Below are positions 60,601 to 64,000 of a stretch of DNA of 64,000 nucleotides, piece by piece. Source of the stretch: Hemiscyllium ocellatum (Eukaryota); contig NC_083435.1 in the NCBI RefSeq assembly GCF_020745735.1, forward strand, positions 28,581,231-28,645,230, written 5' to 3'. Within the stretch, counting starts at the first letter, position 1. Each line of letters starts with the position of its first letter. The notes beneath the pieces are model-generated. The model worked only from the letters and a program-made list of their open reading frames with translations, ran no database searches and was not told where the DNA came from. The translations under genes and the position numbers were made by a program.

Positions 60601-63600
60601 CTCTCTGACAGTTCTGCACTGCCTCTGTGACAGTGAAGCACTCTCTCATTACCGGCTCTCTGGCATTGCAGCCGCGTCGCAGTGCTGAGTACATACACTG
60701 ACAGCACAGAATGCGCTGAAAACCTACTGATCTTGTGACAGTGAAGCACGGTCAATATGGAACCATTGCCAGTGCAAATTCTGTCAGCTGCGGATCTCTA
60801 AGTGCCTTTGCTAACTTACCAACTGTGCAGGACAAACTCTCTTCTGACGCTCTGGCAGTGTGGCACTCTCACATGACTGATCCGCTGACATTCAAGCGCT
60901 ATCTCGACTGAAACTCTGATAATGCATCGTCCCTCCAGAAGTGCAGCACTCCCTCCAAACTTTCCGGCTGGTAGTGCATTAACCAGTAGTTATGACTTCC
61001 GAACAGAACAGCAGAACCTCTCCGAAGACCCTTTGACAGTGCGACGCAACCTTAGAACTGACCAGCTGGAAGTCAGACTGTCACTGACTGTCTTTGTAAT
61101 AAATGTCTGACCGTGCAGCACTCCTTCAGTACTGATCCTCTGTCGTGCAGCTTTCTCTTGGTCCTGAGCCTCTGGCTATGCAGCACAGCGTTTCAGCTGT
61201 CCCTCTGAAAGTGAGACACAGCCTCGGTACTAATCTTTGGAGAGTGGGATCCTCTGTCACTCTGTTGGCGAGTATGATCTGACCTTCGACAGTTCAGCTG
61301 TTCAACAGTCTTTCAGTCCTGACCCTCTGACAGCGCAGCGTTCCTTCAGTACTTACGTTATGAGAGTGTCAAACAGCCTCAGTGCTGGCTCTCTAATTGT
61401 GAACCAATACAGACCTCACTCAATACTCACTGTCTGGCAATGCAGCCCTCCATCTGCACTGACCCTCTGACAGTGCAGATCTCCCACACTACTGACCCCC
61501 TGACAGAGTGGTGCTCCCTCAGCAATGACTTTCCGAAAATACAACACCCAGAGTAAAGACAGTATCTTACATTATACTGTCTTTCTGGCAAGGCAGTATC
61601 CCCTCCATCCTGACACTTGGAATTGCAGCATTGCCTCAGTGTGGATTCACCAGAAGTGTATCACTCGCTCTCTCCTGACTCTTGCAGAGACTGGAACTCC
61701 CTCAGTACTGTTCCTCCAACAGACTGACGCTACTTTAAGACTTTCCCTCAGTGTAGCACTCAGTACTGACTCTCTGACAGTGCAACGTTTCCATAGTAAC
61801 GGCACTCTGGCACTTCAGCAATCTCCAACGACTGATACTCAAACACAGTCAGTACTCTTAAAACATGCACGCTGCAGCTACGCACATTCTTTCCTTACCC
61901 TTTGATAGAGCAGCATTCCCTTGTTGCTGCCATTGAACATGAGGCACTCTCCCATAGTAACGAAACTCAGAAAATGTAGCTCTCGCTCACGACTGACTCT
62001 TTCATAGAACATACTGCCTCATTACTGAACCTCTGACATTGCAGTATACCTCCCGTAATGACCTCCTGACAAATTGGAACTCCCTGAGTAATGATGCTCT
62101 CATGCTGTACTTTCGTTTTGGCAGGGCAGAATTCCCTCTGACCGGACACTGAAAATGCTGTGCTGCCTCAATGCTGACTTACCAGCAGTGCATTCCCTCT
62201 CTCCTGTCTCGCCGACAGACAGGCAGTTGCTCAGTACTGATCGCTTGACAGGGTGACGCTGCTTTAATGCATTCCCCTTACAGTGCAACACTCAGCACTG
62301 ACTCCCTGACAGTGCCATACGTCCTTCCTACCAGTACTCTGGTGTTGCAGCACTCCCATAGTAAGGGCAATCAGATAGAGTGGCGAATCATGATTACAAT
62401 ACTCTCAGTGCAACTCACAGTCTGTCCGAACACTCTTATAGTTCATCACTTCCCTCAGTACCGTGATCATATTTAAGTTTCTGAATCACTGAGTTCTGAA
62501 ACTCCGATAATTCATCACTCCCTCAATTCTGTCGCTCCAGATGCCCCTCCGTGGTGGCACTCTGGCAGTGCAGCATATTCCAAGAGCCAACCCCCCCGAC
62601 AGTGTAGCACTGCCCCTGTAATGCCCTCAGTCACTGCAGTACACCTCCTGAAGCACTGACAGAACAGCACGACCTCTCTAAAGTCCCTGCGACAGTGCTG
62701 TCCTTTTTTTAGAATTGAACCTTTGTCTGTTAGACCATCACCCACACTCCTTTTACTCAGCATCTGATCGTGTAGCACTCCTTCAGTGCTGATCCGCGGC
62801 ACTGCAACCATCCCTCCGTATAGATTCTCTCGCTGTGCATCACAACATTTCAGCTATCCCTCTAACAATGCGGCACAGCTTTATTACTGATCCTCTGAGA
62901 ATGGGATTCTCTGTCACTCTATTACTGTGTATCATCTCACCGTGTAGCAATCCCTCTGTACTGATCCTCTGACAGCCCAGTTTCCTTCAGTACTTCCATT
63001 CTAAGAACGCTACACAGCATCAGTGATGAATATTTCGCCGTAAAGCATATACTTTCTACTGAACTTCTGACAGTGCAACACTCCCTCAGCATTGACACCG
63101 GCAATGCAGCAATCCCTCAGTAATGAAACTCTGACAGTGCAACTGACATTCTCGTCAAACCTTTACAGTGTGGAACTTTTGAATTGACACTCTGACAGTG
63201 TGACTTTCTGTCACTCTTTTAGTACTAAGCGTCTGACTGTGCAGTCCGCCCTGAGTATCGATCCTCTCGGTCTTCCTTATTAAGTGCATTCTGAAAAAAG
63301 TAACAGCTGTCCCTCAGAACGGACCGTCTGTCAGTGCAGCTTTGCTGCAATACCTACTCTATGACAGTGAAGCAGTTCCTCAGTAGTGGCCCTCTGACAG
63401 TGCAGCATAGCTTCAGTGATGACACTTGCAGTGAGACACTTTCAGTCCTAAAAAAATCTGAATACACAGCACATTTTTAGGTCCGATACAGCACTGCACC
63501 CTCTTTACTTACCCTCTGGATTTGCAGTATTGTCTCAGCACTGACCATCTGACAGTGCAGCGCTGCAACAACATTGACATTCTGACTTTGCAGCACTCGC

Positions 63601-63760
63601 TTGGCGTTTACCATCTGAGTCAACGGCTCTCCCTCAGTACTGAGTACTAGCAAACATCTCTCTACACTGATCTCTGAAATGCAGCACTCCATCAGTCCTG
63701 ATGCTCTGACAGCGTGGCACTCCCTTAATGATTCTCACTAACATCACTCACTGAATGCTC
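57690..63760 (+). repeat. About 6-kb degenerate array of the 33-bp minisatellite, with higher-order blocks
   Basis: Recurring cagcactccctcagtactgaccctctgacagtg; the many short ORFs here are periodic translations (QHSLSTDPLTV / EGVLHCQRVST). Confidence 0.92.
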
Positions 63761-64000
63761 TGATCGTGCTGACTCTCCAATCAAATACGGGCTGAAATCT
63801 GAAGCTTAGCCTATTTGCTCGTCAACAGTATTCCAGCGTCTTCAGTCTTATCTCCACATGAGCAGCATCTATACATTTCAAATGCAGGACAAGGACGAGG
63901 TTTGAACTGACTGATATTGACTAGACAGTTTACGGCTTTTTTTCCCCGCCTCTAACAAGGCAAAGAGAACCAAAATAAAGTTGTAAAATCGTGAGTGCTT

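Noticed and set aside
57690-63760. ORFs with QHSLSTDPLTV / EGVLHCQRVST periodicity as protein genes; array as CRISPR-like
   Set aside because: These are translations of a degenerate 33-bp tandem repeat, broken by frequent stops. There are no unique spacers or cas genes, and the context is eukaryotic.
57690-63760. RSS-like heptamers (GACAGTG/CACTGTC) in each satellite unit
   Set aside because: No nonamer at 12/23 spacing and no V/D/J segments were seen.

Overview
Eukaryotic, repeat-rich genomic DNA from a cartilaginous fish. The HE1-type SINEs, CR1 LINEs, Penelope remnants and 33-bp QHSLSTDPLTV-type minisatellite point to a shark; the species cannot be determined. Genes: (1) the 3' part of a + strand non-classical MHC class I heavy-chain gene (alpha2 3362-3637, alpha3 4733-4990, TM 9072-9176, cytoplasmic exons 12089-12121 and 12452-12499; leader and alpha1 exons are not in the window); (2) two paralogous GPR139/142-like class A GPCR main exons on the - strand, one with a single TGG>TAG nonsense codon (20633-21558) and one open (47148-48103); (3) an intact but divergent M2/M4-type muscarinic receptor (53168-54568, - strand, 466 aa). 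The rest is mostly CR1 LINE fragments, tRNA-derived SINEs, LTR-retrotransposon relics, Penelope-derived short repeats carrying minimal hammerhead-ribozyme cores, and 17-bp and 33-bp minisatellites. The most notable signals are: the Trp-rich class I molecule (K146W, plus a class-II-beta-like DWT motif in alpha3); several families of hammerhead-bearing Penelope pseudo-LTR elements, one with an intact core and one palindromic with a target-site duplication; and the altered ligand pocket of the muscarinic receptor. Residue numbering and alignments were done by eye, and repeat boundaries are approximate.
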